Shown here piece after piece: positions 53,822 to 64,000 of a stretch of 64,000 nucleotides of DNA (positions are counted from its first letter, which is position 1; every line of letters starts with the position of its first letter). A model generated the notes under the pieces. It had not been told where the DNA came from, did no database searches, and saw nothing but the letters and a program-made list of their open reading frames with translations. This DNA is from a virus: IMG/VR virus record IMGVR_UViG_3300023063_000003, positions 2,749 through 66,748 of that record. One strand, given 5' to 3'. A program made the position numbers and the translations under genes.

Positions 53822-56374
53822 ATGTCAAATGACGGTGCTGTTTCCCTATCACCAGGTCTGGTAACAAACACCGTCACAACCCGGGCAGTGAACCTGCTCG
53901 GTATCGGAACGCTGGCTCTTATAGAAGAAGGAAACGTAGATGATGGCACGACGTATATTGCGCTGCCATTTCCAGTATCTTTCAACGGTATCAGCTACAC
54001 AGACATTTATGTCTGCTCGAATGGCTACATCACATTCGGCTTCTCGGCTACCAATTACTTCGTAGGTCCAACAATACCTGCTGGCCCCACCTTATTTATT
54101 TATGGTGGCGATCAGCATTATCAACGCGTGTACGCTGGTTCCGAAGATGGGAACGCGACATTTCGCATACGCTGGGAAGGTAGTTACACCGGTAGTGGCG
54201 GCACGCCAGGGGCGTCGCCAAATATCTGGGAAGTCACCTTCGACTCCGCCGGCAATTACAAAATAGATGTCGGCGCCACTGGCAGCGCGAGCGGTGTATC
54301 AGCCGTGTCAGACGGTGTATCTGGTAACTACCTGCTGACCTGGGATGCGAGTGCCGGGAACCTGGGCTTCGATTTAACTTCGGCCAAATTGGCAGGTAAC
54401 TACCCGACCATAGTCGGTACCCTGTCGCAGTCCTTTGCAGCCGGATACTCAACCGACTGGCGCGTGCTTGTCACGGCCTCTACCTATTCTGGTGGAGCGC
54501 ATGGCAATCGTGTCATGGTTGGTGAATTCCAGTTCCGTGAGGTCGCTGGCACACCGGAACTTTTTGCCACACCCACGCAGGCGTCAAGCTCAGCGAATAA
54601 TGGTTCCTCCTTCATAGCGTCGTACGCAGCAACGAATGACGGCGGGCCAAATGCCGGTCCCTATTGGGACTCAGGCGACACACCAGCTGATCCACTCTGG
54701 TGGCGCTATTCTTACCCTTCACCGGTAAAGATCGCTGAGTACACAATCCAGGCCGATGACGTCGACGGCTATGGCGCGCCGACTGCATTCCAGTTGCAAT
54801 CACTCGGCATTGATGGCGTCACCTGGACCACCGTCGACACGCGTACCGGTGTAACTGGTTACGGTACCGATGGCGTCAAAACTTTTACACTCGGTCCTGC
54901 CAGCAATAGCGGCGCCATCACCCTCACGCCTTTTGACGCGAGTGGTACGTTGGGTTCGTTCGGTGGCGGCGCCGTTCTCACGCCATTCGATGCAAGCGGT
55001 GTGATGCTCGTGGTCGGTGGCGCTGTGTCGATCTTGTTCCCGACGTTGGCCGGCACGATGACCAGCACCATTACAGGTGGCGCGATCGGCGCGGCCAACA
55101 TCGGCGACCCTACCCTATCTGGTACGCCGGTCACGCCTTTCACATTGACCGCTGTCGATCATCTTGGCCCGACGGGTGTCGGTACCGTCAACCTGGGCTA
55201 TGACGTGAATGGCGACGGCACTGTCATCGGCACTCCATGGCAGTTGTACTCACTACTCAATTCCGGTGTAGCACCGAATATAGGTGACGGTGATATCAAT
55301 CTGCTGTATCGCATCGAGATTTCTGTCGACGCGCGCATCGATCCGCCAATGGCGCTGCTGCCGTACGACGTGATCGGTGCGATGGGTTTTGCCGGTAGCT
55401 CCATAGATGGCGCGATCAGTGTGAGCTTCGATGTCCAGGCCATCGGCTTGACCGGCAACTCAGGCGATGGCCTGATGAGCCTGCGCCCATACGATGCCAG
55501 CGGCGACTTCGGCGTGAATGGCGCGGCGCTCATGGCACCGTTCACGCTCAATGCTGCGATGAACGTTGGCGCAATCGGTGCAGCCGTCTCCGAACTGAAT
55601 GAGTATCAGGTCGCCGGCACCGCGTTCGCCAGCACGACCAGCACTGGCGATGCGCGTATCGGTCTCTACACGTTGTCGACAGTCGCCAGCGCGAGTGTGT
55701 CGGGCAATGTTGGTAATGGTGATGTGACGGTGATGCTGATCACCGAGACCGGCACTGGCGGGGCTGGCAATGTCCTGCGCGCCGACATCACTATACCGCT
55801 GCTGACGCTCGACGCATTTGGCTATGCAAGCGCCATCGGCACGGCCACGATCTCCGTGCCGCGCCTGCAAGTCTCAGGCTGGATGGAAGGCGCCGCGTCC
55901 GTGGCCGCGATTGACTTCACCACGATCGTTGTCAACTCGCGCACGAACGCAGTGTCGACATACAGCGGTCTGGAAGCGAACAGCTTCTGCCAGTTCAACG
56001 GTGTGGTCCTGGCCGCGACGCCGAACGGCATCGTCGCGCTGACCGGCGATACCGACAACGGCGCGCAGATCGACGCCCACGTGCTCAGTGGCGTGTCCGA
56101 TTACCAGTCGTCGTTCAACAAGCGTGCGGTGGCCGGTTACATGGGATACCGCGCCGATGGCAACATGACCGTGACGCTGTTCACCGATGAGCAGAACGAG
56201 TTCACCTACAACGTGATCCCGCGCGAGGTACAGGCCATCCATCCAACCAAAGTCACTTTCGGCCGTGGCCTGACAGGGCGTTACTGGCAGTGGAGATTAT
56301 CCAATGTCCTCGGCGCTGATTTCCAGGTCGAGGGTTTTGAAATGGACATCAACGTTCTCTCTCGGCGTATATGA
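53822..56374 (+). CDS. Tail protein with N-terminal nidogen-like and discoidin-like modules
   Basis: VCSNGYITFG; P..F.LQ...DG.TWT.VD; conserved C-terminus GRG..GRYWQ. Confidence 0.6.
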   Translation: MSNDGAVSLSPGLVTNTVTTRAVNLLGIGTLALIEEGNVDDGTTYIALPFPVSFNGISYTDIYVCSNGYITFGFSATNYFVGPTIPAGPTLFIYGGDQHYQRVYAGSEDGNATFRIRWEGSYTGSGGTPGASPNIWEVTFDSAGNYKIDVGATGSASGVSAVSDGVSGNYLLTWDASAGNLGFDLTSAKLAGNYPTIVGTLSQSFAAGYSTDWRVLVTASTYSGGAHGNRVMVGEFQFREVAGTPELFATPTQASSSANNGSSFIASYAATNDGGPNAGPYWDSGDTPADPLWWRYSYPSPVKIAEYTIQADDVDGYGAPTAFQLQSLGIDGVTWTTVDTRTGVTGYGTDGVKTFTLGPASNSGAITLTPFDASGTLGSFGGGAVLTPFDASGVMLVVGGAVSILFPTLAGTMTSTITGGAIGAANIGDPTLSGTPVTPFTLTAVDHLGPTGVGTVNLGYDVNGDGTVIGTPWQLYSLLNSGVAPNIGDGDINLLYRIEISVDARIDPPMALLPYDVIGAMGFAGSSIDGAISVSFDVQAIGLTGNSGDGLMSLRPYDASGDFGVNGAALMAPFTLNAAMNVGAIGAAVSELNEYQVAGTAFASTTSTGDARIGLYTLSTVASASVSGNVGNGDVTVMLITETGTGGAGNVLRADITIPLLTLDAFGYASAIGTATISVPRLQVSGWMEGAASVAAIDFTTIVVNSRTNAVSTYSGLEANSFCQFNGVVLAATPNGIVALTGDTDNGAQIDAHVLSGVSDYQSSFNKRAVAGYMGYRADGNMTVTLFTDEQNEFTYNVIPREVQAIHPTKVTFGRGLTGRYWQWRLSNVLGADFQVEGFEMDINVLSRRI

Positions 56375-57954
56375 GCAAAATACCAAATATGATTATCAAC
56401 GAGCCGGTCTTTACCGGCTCGTTACTTATTCAAATCTACGGTGATGCCGATCTTGGCGCCGCTTACGTCGGCAACGCGCGTGCGCTGCTTGGTGCGTGTC
56501 GCACGCAGTTCGGTATCAATGAGCGCATTGCCAGCGGCGAGCTGGGTGGCTTCTACACCCTCAGTTCTATCGAGAGTGATGGCACGCGCATCGTGGTGAT
56601 CTCGAACAATGGCTTCGATCAGGCCAATATATTCCTGCCCGATGTTCCTCCTGTCGAGTCCAAGGAAGAGCAGCTTATTTATACCGTCGACAACATCAAG
56701 CCCTGCGCGCGCGCGGGTGTGCGGTACTACGACAGCGGCACCGCTACTACGGCTGCATTCCCCGGCGTAAGCTATTCGTACACCTACCCGATCCAGAACC
56801 CGGAGCCGCCGTACGACGCACTACTTGAGCCAAATGTCGGAGCGCAGCCAACCGCGGCGAATCCGTGCTTTTACCATAATCCGTTGGCTGGGCCATACAC
56901 AGGATTCTTCTTCTCGTGTCACTTCGGATCGATCGATATAGACGTTCCCGCGATACCTCCGCAAAAAAGTGCGCCGCCCGCCACGCTGCAGTTTGTTGGC
57001 GGCGGCCGATTTGGGTACACGCATGCGCTTCAGGGTTCAACGTACCAGCTTACTGTCATAAAGACAGATGCAGACTTCACGCTTGATTCTACTTTGACGT
57101 TTCCACCAAGCTCCGTACCTGGGCTCGGCTGGTGGGACGTGTACGGTACAAACAATACCCCGGGATATATCCCTGTGCGCGTTTTTAACTATCAGACCAA
57201 TGAGCTGACTATACTGCCGCCATTATTTTTTTCGCCGTCCGATATCGAGTATGAACCGAGTCCTTCGACATATTCAGACACGCCAGTGCCGGCGCAATTT
57301 CGATTCGATCCAAACTTTGGTGATACTGAAAATCCTATAGATTACTCAGGCGACCAAGCGTTGCTATACGCTGATATTCCCGGGACGCCTGTCTGTATTT
57401 CTGGTGGGTCGCAGTGGTACATCGACGGCGACACCAATACGCTGGGCGAAGTACCTGGGCTAGATGCGCAAGGGAATCAACCTGGAAATATCACCTGGAC
57501 TTTCCCAGCTGAGACCGTCGAACCGACCGTGTGTTTAATTGCCCATGACCGCGCATGCGACTGCATAGTCGGACTGGGCCTGCTTAGTGATTCCAGTGCA
57601 TTTTTCTTTTTCGTGGTCGATCCTGCGTTATCACCGGCACTGGAAATTTTAGCCGTGCTCGATATCAATGTGGCCGATTTTGAACCGGTCAATGTCCCAA
57701 GTCTCAACGCTACGATGCCCTACACATTCATGGCCTCCGAAGGCGTCGCGGTGGTGACGTTCCAATCCGATATCGTCGAAGCCAACACGGGCGCGTTGCG
57801 CATTCCCGTGATCGATTACTGCTCGCCGACGGACGATGGCGAGACCACGCAGGACGAGGTGACAGAAACTTACCAGGATGGAAAATTGACACAAGTCAAC
57901 AGACGTTCGGTAGAATCACCGGGTCTGCCAATACGCAAGTCCTCTCCAAGTTAG
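56371..57954 (+). CDS. Tail-associated protein
   Basis: ATGA-coupled; acidic and beta-rich; central part appears lower in GC. Confidence 0.55.
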   Translation: MSKIPNMIINEPVFTGSLLIQIYGDADLGAAYVGNARALLGACRTQFGINERIASGELGGFYTLSSIESDGTRIVVISNNGFDQANIFLPDVPPVESKEEQLIYTVDNIKPCARAGVRYYDSGTATTAAFPGVSYSYTYPIQNPEPPYDALLEPNVGAQPTAANPCFYHNPLAGPYTGFFFSCHFGSIDIDVPAIPPQKSAPPATLQFVGGGRFGYTHALQGSTYQLTVIKTDADFTLDSTLTFPPSSVPGLGWWDVYGTNNTPGYIPVRVFNYQTNELTILPPLFFSPSDIEYEPSPSTYSDTPVPAQFRFDPNFGDTENPIDYSGDQALLYADIPGTPVCISGGSQWYIDGDTNTLGEVPGLDAQGNQPGNITWTFPAETVEPTVCLIAHDRACDCIVGLGLLSDSSAFFFFVVDPALSPALEILAVLDINVADFEPVNVPSLNATMPYTFMASEGVAVVTFQSDIVEANTGALRIPVIDYCSPTDDGETTQDEVTETYQDGKLTQVNRRSVESPGLPIRKSSPS

Positions 57955-57962
57955 GAATTCTC

Positions 57963-59939
57963 ATGGCTTTTATCTCTATCGCTTCGACGCTGGCCGCACC
58001 AGCGCCGCCCGCTGCGCCAAAAATCGACAATGGTTCGCGAGACGCTGTCACCTCGGTTTTTAGCTCATCGGGTACGACTGCGCAGACCGCGTCTGATGCG
58101 GCCAACACTGCGGTGAAAGCCCTGGCTACATTCAATCCGCTCCTGCCAGCGGTCACTGCGCTGCAGGTCAATATGCCGACGGTGGCGATCCCAGTGCTGG
58201 GCGTTGCGCCCATCGAGCCGACGAACATCAACCCATCGTTTCCGAATGCGCCAACTGACATCACGATCGCTGCTGTGCCATCGGTGGACCTGGGCGCCGT
58301 GCCCGACTACAGTGTGGCCTCGCCATTCCTCATTGACGTGGACCTGCCCGATCCGCTCTCCGCACTGTTGCCATCGGCGCCGACGCTGAGCGTCGTGGCA
58401 CTGCCGGTCGAGCCGACGTTCGTGTTTCCAAGCGTGCCGACGCTGAACAGTTTGAACCTGCCGAGCGTGCCAGTGCTCGATATCCCGGTCTTCACCGACA
58501 TGCTCGGTGACGGACCAACCGCGCCGACAGCGAACTTCACCTACGCCGAAGTCGCCTACAACACCACGCTGCTCGGTGACTTGAACAGCCGCCTGATCGA
58601 CATGGTCAATGGCGCATCGACCGGCCTGACGCCGGCTGTCGAGGATGCCATCTGGCAGCGCGGCCGCGACCGCGAAGCCCTGGTCTCACAGCGCGCCGTC
58701 GACGAGGCCACGCGTGTGTTTGCTGCCCGTGGCTTTTCGATCCCAGGTGGTGTGCTGCTGCGCACGGTGCAGCAGGCGCTGCAAGACAGCATCGGCCGCG
58801 ATGCTGCGCTCTCGCGCGACATCATGATCAAGCAGGGTGAACTCGAGCAGAGCAATTTTCAGTTCTCGTTCAACGCCGCGATCGGTCTCGAGACCCAGCT
58901 CATGAACCTGTTCAATACGGTGCAGGGCCGCGCGCTCGACGCTGCCAAGTTCACGTTCCAAGCCGTGATCCAAATCTTCAACGCCCAGGTCCAGCTGTAT
59001 CAGGCCGACGCGCAAGCCTTTGGCATCAAGGCCCAGGTATTCCAGACCCGGCTTCAGGCCGCGCTGTCGCAGCTCGAAATCTACCGCTCCGAGCTGGAAG
59101 GCCAGCGCCTGATCAGCGACATCAACACGCAGCAGGTCCAGCAGTACACCGCGCAGCTCGACGGTGTGCGCACGCTCGCCGAGGTGTACCGCACGCGCGT
59201 CGACGCCGTCAATGCGCAGATCAATGTGCAGCGCACGCAGGTCGAAATATATACCGCACAGCTCTCCGGTTACGACTCGCAGGTCCGCTCGAAAGCGACC
59301 GAGTATCAAGCGTATGCCACGCAGGTCCAGGCCCAGCTGACGAAGGTCGAAATGTTTGGCCAGGAGGTCGGCGCGTACAAGAGCCGTGTCGATGCGTACG
59401 GCGTGCTAGTCAACGCCAAGTTGTCGGCGCAGACTATGGACTTTCGCCAGCTGCAAGAGTTCCCGCTCGAGGTGTACAAGCAGCGCGTCAACACGTACCA
59501 GACCAGTGTCGCCGCCGAGTCGGCGCGCGTGCAGGCGCTGATCAACACGTTCGAGAGCCGCGTGCAAACCTACACCGCCATCGAGCAGGCCAAGACAGCC
59601 AACGCCGCCGTGGCCGTCGACTACTCGCGCGCCTTCGCTACCTTGTCGACCTCGGCCGCGCAGATCGCAGTCCAGGCCAGTCAGGCCAATTTGACCGCAG
59701 CGGTCAGCTCTAACGAAACCGTGCAGGCTTCTGTGCGCGCCGCCGCGCAGGTCTCCGGACAACTTGCTGCGGCCGCGTTGGCATCGCGCAGCGCGCATGC
59801 CTCGATCTCCGACAGCGCATCGAACGGCACCAACTACAGCGTCGGTAACAGCGCAAGTTTTGCGAACAGCAACAGCTCGTCGTGGAGCGACGCCGGCACT
59901 GTATCTGACATCACCACACACAAAGGGAGTGACGATTAA
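57963..59939 (+). CDS. Virion protein (Pro-rich N-terminus, long coiled coil)
   Basis: AARGFS.P.G motif; Gln-rich heptads. Confidence 0.65.
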   Translation: MAFISIASTLAAPAPPAAPKIDNGSRDAVTSVFSSSGTTAQTASDAANTAVKALATFNPLLPAVTALQVNMPTVAIPVLGVAPIEPTNINPSFPNAPTDITIAAVPSVDLGAVPDYSVASPFLIDVDLPDPLSALLPSAPTLSVVALPVEPTFVFPSVPTLNSLNLPSVPVLDIPVFTDMLGDGPTAPTANFTYAEVAYNTTLLGDLNSRLIDMVNGASTGLTPAVEDAIWQRGRDREALVSQRAVDEATRVFAARGFSIPGGVLLRTVQQALQDSIGRDAALSRDIMIKQGELEQSNFQFSFNAAIGLETQLMNLFNTVQGRALDAAKFTFQAVIQIFNAQVQLYQADAQAFGIKAQVFQTRLQAALSQLEIYRSELEGQRLISDINTQQVQQYTAQLDGVRTLAEVYRTRVDAVNAQINVQRTQVEIYTAQLSGYDSQVRSKATEYQAYATQVQAQLTKVEMFGQEVGAYKSRVDAYGVLVNAKLSAQTMDFRQLQEFPLEVYKQRVNTYQTSVAAESARVQALINTFESRVQTYTAIEQAKTANAAVAVDYSRAFATLSTSAAQIAVQASQANLTAAVSSNETVQASVRAAAQVSGQLAAAALASRSAHASISDSASNGTNYSVGNSASFANSNSSSWSDAGTVSDITTHKGSDD

Positions 59940-62290
59940 TGGACAATCTACAAAAAGCCTACGCCGACAAGGCCAAGCGCAGCAACGCGGCAGTGAGCCT
60001 GCGCATGGCCGATGGCGGTCAGGTGCAAGGTCCGGGTACCGGCACTTCAGACAGCGTACCGATCCAGGGTTCGGCCGGCGAGTACATGCTGCCAGCCGAT
60101 ACCGTGCAGGCGATCGGTGTGGACAATCTGAACGCGCTCAAGGATGCGACGCACGCCGACGTCGGCCTGCGCGCGCCGGGTATGTATGCGAACGGCGGGC
60201 TGATCGATCCGAACGATCCACTGCAGCAGGTCCAGTCGAAGACGCCATCGCTGCGCCAAGTTGGCCCGGGCCTCACGCAAGACCCGGCCACCGGCACGTT
60301 CAATCAGGAGCCGCTGCAAAACCCTGGTCGCGAGCTGGCGCGGCCCGCACCAATCCCGACCACGCCGGCTACCAATGTGCCGACCGGTGGTGTGCCATCG
60401 ACGGCGCAGGACTTGCGCTCGTTCGAGCGTCCGACCGCTGTGCCGCCGTCGACGCCTGCACCAGCAGCGGCCGCTGTCGATGCTGCACCAGCTGTAGCCG
60501 AAGCTGCTACGCCGGCCGCGTCCGGACTGGCTGAGAGCGCTGGCCGCACCGTTGGCAATCTGGCCCGTACCGCCGCGCCCCTGCTGCGTACTGCCGCGCT
60601 GACCGCGCCTGTGTACGGCTTCGGTGACTACAAAATTAATGACCCAGGTGTGGACTCGTCGGCCTCCGGCGTGATCGGCAATGCACTGCGTGGTAACTTC
60701 GCCGGCGCTGGCGCAGGTCTGCGCCAAGGTGCTGTGGAGGCGGGCCTCGACTCGATCTCTGGCATTGCCAAGACAGGCGACGCACTGGCGGGCGTGGTGG
60801 GCCTGCACCCAGGGCTGGCGCAGGCGTTCGATGGCAAAGTTCGTGGTGATATTGGCAACCAATTGGTGCCGAATGCGCCCGCAGCCTCTAAAGGGGCTGC
60901 AAGCCTTCGCACCCAAGACCCTAGCCAGGTATCATCCGACCCTACGATCGCCCAGCCAGCGCCCGCCTCGCAAGCCGGCGCGGCCTCTACGGCTGAGCCA
61001 GCGTTGTCACCAAACAATGTAAATCAGAACGTCGCCAATTTCCAGCAGCAGTATGGTGCCGCCGCACAACGCGCTGGCGACAAACTCGGTGTCGATCCGA
61101 AGCTGCTGCTGGCCCAGTGGGGCAACGAAACGGGCTGGGGCAAGTCCGTGATCCCGGGTACCAACAACCTCGGCAACATCAAGGACTTCTCCGGTGGTGG
61201 CGTCGGCGCGCGCGACAATGCGACAGGCAGCACTGACAAGTATCGCCAGTTCTCGTCGCCCGAGGACTTTGCCGATAACTATGCCAGCTTGATCAGCCGC
61301 AAGTATCCCGGCGCCGTCGGCGCAGGCAGCGATCCGACCAAGTTCACAACGGGTCTGGCCGGCTACGCGCAAGACCCGCAGTACGGCAATAAGGTAGCGG
61401 CCGCTTACGGCATGCTCAACGGCGTGCCGGCATCGAACGTTGCTGCAGCCCAAGCGCAAGCAGCCGCATCGAACCCATACCCAACGCTGCGCAACAACCT
61501 GTCGCCACAGGCATCGTTCACGAACCAGAAAAACATCGGCGAGGACGGCTTCAACCGTGATGGCACCGTGCAGATGATCTCGGGCGTGAACCGCAACGGT
61601 GAGTACGCCGGCTCGAATGCCAACTTCAACTACACGCCCGACGCGATCCAGAATCAGGAGAACGTGGCGAGCCTTCGCAATTTCTCTGCACCGGGCGACA
61701 AAGTCCAGGCCGAGATCGAGAACGCCCGCGCACTGCGCGATCAGGCCGCGACCGACCGTCAACGTCAGGCGCTGCAGTTCGGTGTCACGGCCGCGCGCGA
61801 ACAGGGTGCGCAGGATCGTGCCAATGCCGCCGACCAGCAGAAGCGCATCCAGGATGGCAGCAACCAGTTGCAGAAAGACCTCGAGGCACGCAATACCATC
61901 ACAGGGCCGAATGGTGCGCCGACGTTCGACGCCAATCAGGTTGGCCAGCAGCGTCAGTATCTGGACGCCGCGATGGGCGAGTTGTCCAAGCACGGCGCGC
62001 AGAGCTACGCCGATCTGAACCCGCATGAAAAAGAGCAGCTGCTGGCCGGCTCGAAACTGCTGAGCAAGATCGCACCGGATGCGACGAGCTGGCCGATTCC
62101 GTGGAAGCCTGATGCGCTTGGCACATCGAACCCGCTCAATCTGGTGGGCATGAAGCGCTTGCCAAATGGTGATGCGCAGACGCGTGATGGTAAGGTCATC
62201 CCGGCCCGATACATCAATAAGAAGAACGCCGACCGTATCGGTGGCGAACCGACCGACGAATTTAACTCGCTGTTCGCGAAGGGTCAATAA
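59939..62290 (+). CDS. Internal virion protein with GH73 glucosaminidase-like (FlgJ-type) domain
   Basis: GPGTGTSDSVP motif; LAQW..ETGWG...NNL.NIK...YAQDP.Y. Confidence 0.75.
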   Translation: MDNLQKAYADKAKRSNAAVSLRMADGGQVQGPGTGTSDSVPIQGSAGEYMLPADTVQAIGVDNLNALKDATHADVGLRAPGMYANGGLIDPNDPLQQVQSKTPSLRQVGPGLTQDPATGTFNQEPLQNPGRELARPAPIPTTPATNVPTGGVPSTAQDLRSFERPTAVPPSTPAPAAAAVDAAPAVAEAATPAASGLAESAGRTVGNLARTAAPLLRTAALTAPVYGFGDYKINDPGVDSSASGVIGNALRGNFAGAGAGLRQGAVEAGLDSISGIAKTGDALAGVVGLHPGLAQAFDGKVRGDIGNQLVPNAPAASKGAASLRTQDPSQVSSDPTIAQPAPASQAGAASTAEPALSPNNVNQNVANFQQQYGAAAQRAGDKLGVDPKLLLAQWGNETGWGKSVIPGTNNLGNIKDFSGGGVGARDNATGSTDKYRQFSSPEDFADNYASLISRKYPGAVGAGSDPTKFTTGLAGYAQDPQYGNKVAAAYGMLNGVPASNVAAAQAQAAASNPYPTLRNNLSPQASFTNQKNIGEDGFNRDGTVQMISGVNRNGEYAGSNANFNYTPDAIQNQENVASLRNFSAPGDKVQAEIENARALRDQAATDRQRQALQFGVTAAREQGAQDRANAADQQKRIQDGSNQLQKDLEARNTITGPNGAPTFDANQVGQQRQYLDAAMGELSKHGAQSYADLNPHEKEQLLAGSKLLSKIAPDATSWPIPWKPDALGTSNPLNLVGMKRLPNGDAQTRDGKVIPARYINKKNADRIGGEPTDEFNSLFAKGQ

Positions 62291-64000
62291 TGGGCATCAT
62301 CGACAAGTATCTGGCCGAAGCACCGGCACCTGCGCCGGCAGCTGCTGGCGACTCCGAACTGAGCAAAGGTCTGCGCAGCGGCAACATCAATGCCGGAGGC
62401 CAGCTGCAAGCCCTGGCCGGCACGGCCGGCGAGCTGGTTGGTGCCAATGACTTTGCCAAGGCGCGCTATGCAGCGTCCACCGCCGATCAGGCAGAAGCTG
62501 CGCAGCCGCAAAACGCCGCGCGCGTTGCCTCGTTCCGCGACATTCACAGCCTGAAGGACGCCTATGACTATGGCACCTATCAGCTTGGCGCATCGGCCGC
62601 GCCGCTTGCTGCGGGGCTGGCCACGATCGCTGCCACACGTGGGCGAGTGAACCCGCTCGTGGCCGGCACCGCTGCGGCCTCGCCTTTCACCGTCGGTGGT
62701 CAGGTCGAGGCCCAGCAGGCTGATCCGACCCAGGCCGCGCAGAGTGTGGGCCTGCGCGCCGGCACTGCGCTGGCGACCGGCGTGGGTCAGGCCGCGCTGA
62801 TGAATGCCGTACCGGTGGCCATGGGTGGCAAGCTGATTGGCGCTGGCGAAGGCGCCGTGGCCAGCACGCTGGGTGGGCGCATCGCCACGAATACCGCCGA
62901 GGCTGTCGGTGGCAATGCGGTTGCCGGCGCGGCGTCCGAGAAGCTTGGCCAGAACGCGGCCACGACACTGAACCCAAACCGCGATACGTCAGGTGACACC
63001 GAAGCACTGAAGGAAGCCGCCGCTGGTGGCGCCATCACTGGCATTCCTTTCGCTGGCCTCGGCGTGGCCGGCGAAAGTCTACATGGCCGCGCCGCGCCGC
63101 GCACGGACGGTGTACCCACCGATGCAGCCGCCGCGCCAACTGATGCAGCCGCTGCGCCAAACAATGCAGCGGCTGCGCCAAACAATGCAGCCGCTGCGCC
63201 GTCGCCCTTTGAACGTGCCACGCAGACCGGCGCGGCCGCTCCCGAAGGCGCAGCAGTTCCACCTGAAAGCGCTGTGCCAGTACCGCCTGCGGCGAAGACT
63301 GGTGCCTCGCTGGTCGACCGTATCAAGAATGCTTTCACGCCGAAGCCTGAAGACGCCGATCTGGCTGACGCGCAGAAAGTCGCTGCCGGCCAGGAGACCG
63401 TCGACCCGGCCACGCTGGCGTCGGCCTCGCCCGACCAGCAGGGCCAGCTGCTGCAAGACTCCGACCAGTCGCGTCTGGCCCAGGTCAGCTCGTGGGCCAA
63501 GCAGCTTGTCAACGGCGGTGGTCTGAGCGACGACCAGCAGGCCAAGCTGCAACAAGCTGGCGCTGACTTGAGCGACCGTGGCAATCAGGCGCTCGTGGCC
63601 GGCGTCAAGGTGGCCAAGGACTTGTCCGACAAAGCCTCGACGATGGCCTCGTCGTTCGTCGACCAGATCACGCAGAAGTACAACGACGTGACCAAGGACA
63701 AGACCTTGTCCGACACCGCGCCGGCCGTGCAGGCGAAGATCGCCGACACCATCGCGCCCGCGCTGGCTGACCGCTTCCCACAGATCGTGCAGAACGAGAG
63801 CACCCTGCGCATGGTCTCCGACGGCCTGCGCAAGACGATGGCCGTGATGCAGGCCACGGGCGACGTGGACCCAACCACCGCGCGCCAGCTGACGACGTGG
63901 TTCGGTGACAATGCGCCGAGCGTGATGTCGAGCCTGCACGAGAGCATCCTCGGCTCGGACGCCACGGATGCGCAGACCACGCGCTACTACAGCGCCGTCA
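62290..64000 (+). CDS. Large internal virion protein, 3'-truncated by the window
   Basis: TAATG-coupled start MGIIDKYLAE; Ala/Gly-rich; no stop seen before the window end. Confidence 0.7.
   Translation, partial: MGIIDKYLAEAPAPAPAAAGDSELSKGLRSGNINAGGQLQALAGTAGELVGANDFAKARYAASTADQAEAAQPQNAARVASFRDIHSLKDAYDYGTYQLGASAAPLAAGLATIAATRGRVNPLVAGTAAASPFTVGGQVEAQQADPTQAAQSVGLRAGTALATGVGQAALMNAVPVAMGGKLIGAGEGAVASTLGGRIATNTAEAVGGNAVAGAASEKLGQNAATTLNPNRDTSGDTEALKEAAAGGAITGIPFAGLGVAGESLHGRAAPRTDGVPTDAAAAPTDAAAAPNNAAAAPNNAAAAPSPFERATQTGAAAPEGAAVPPESAVPVPPAAKTGASLVDRIKNAFTPKPEDADLADAQKVAAGQETVDPATLASASPDQQGQLLQDSDQSRLAQVSSWAKQLVNGGGLSDDQQAKLQQAGADLSDRGNQALVAGVKVAKDLSDKASTMASSFVDQITQKYNDVTKDKTLSDTAPAVQAKIADTIAPALADRFPQIVQNESTLRMVSDGLRKTMAVMQATGDVDPTTARQLTTWFGDNAPSVMSSLHESILGSDATDAQTTRYYSAV
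63121..63204 (+). repeat. 4 x 21-bp coding tandem repeat
   Basis: (G/A)ATGCAGCSGCYGCGCC units encoding (D/N)AAAAP(T/N/S). Confidence 0.8.

Overview
The whole window is tailed dsDNA bacteriophage DNA, most likely a podovirus: P22-type portal, N4-gp56-like capsid, large internal virion proteins, and no tape measure or sheath recognised. It has two arms. A leftward early/replication arm (~4.7-38.2 kb) encodes dUTPase, ATP-dependent ligase, SSB-like protein, family A DNA polymerase, ThyX, SNF2 helicase, a Cas4-like nuclease, a MoxR AAA+/DUF3150/zincin-VWA module, an intein-containing primase-helicase and many small ORFs. A rightward late arm (38.6 kb to the end, plus 1-4.4 kb) encodes terminase, portal, scaffold, capsid, a lysis cassette with embedded spanins, tail proteins, internal virion proteins and an SGNH esterase spike. 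No integrase, tRNA, rRNA or CRISPR array was seen. Most notable observations: (1) about 15 otherwise diverse small early proteins end in the same helix-[R/K][L/I/F]-x tail, and ten of them flank the MoxR/VWA-peptidase genes, suggesting a modular adaptor system; (2) a three-domain candidate anti-defence sponge fusion (unknown + Gp49/Acb4-like + RyR); (3) two homologous 55-bp inverted-repeat/microsatellite elements bracketing the replication arm (candidate bipartite origin); (4) a double T-loop structured RNA upstream of the polymerase and twin ACGAUAY hairpins in the capsid leader. All family names come from motif recognition by eye, not from database searches.
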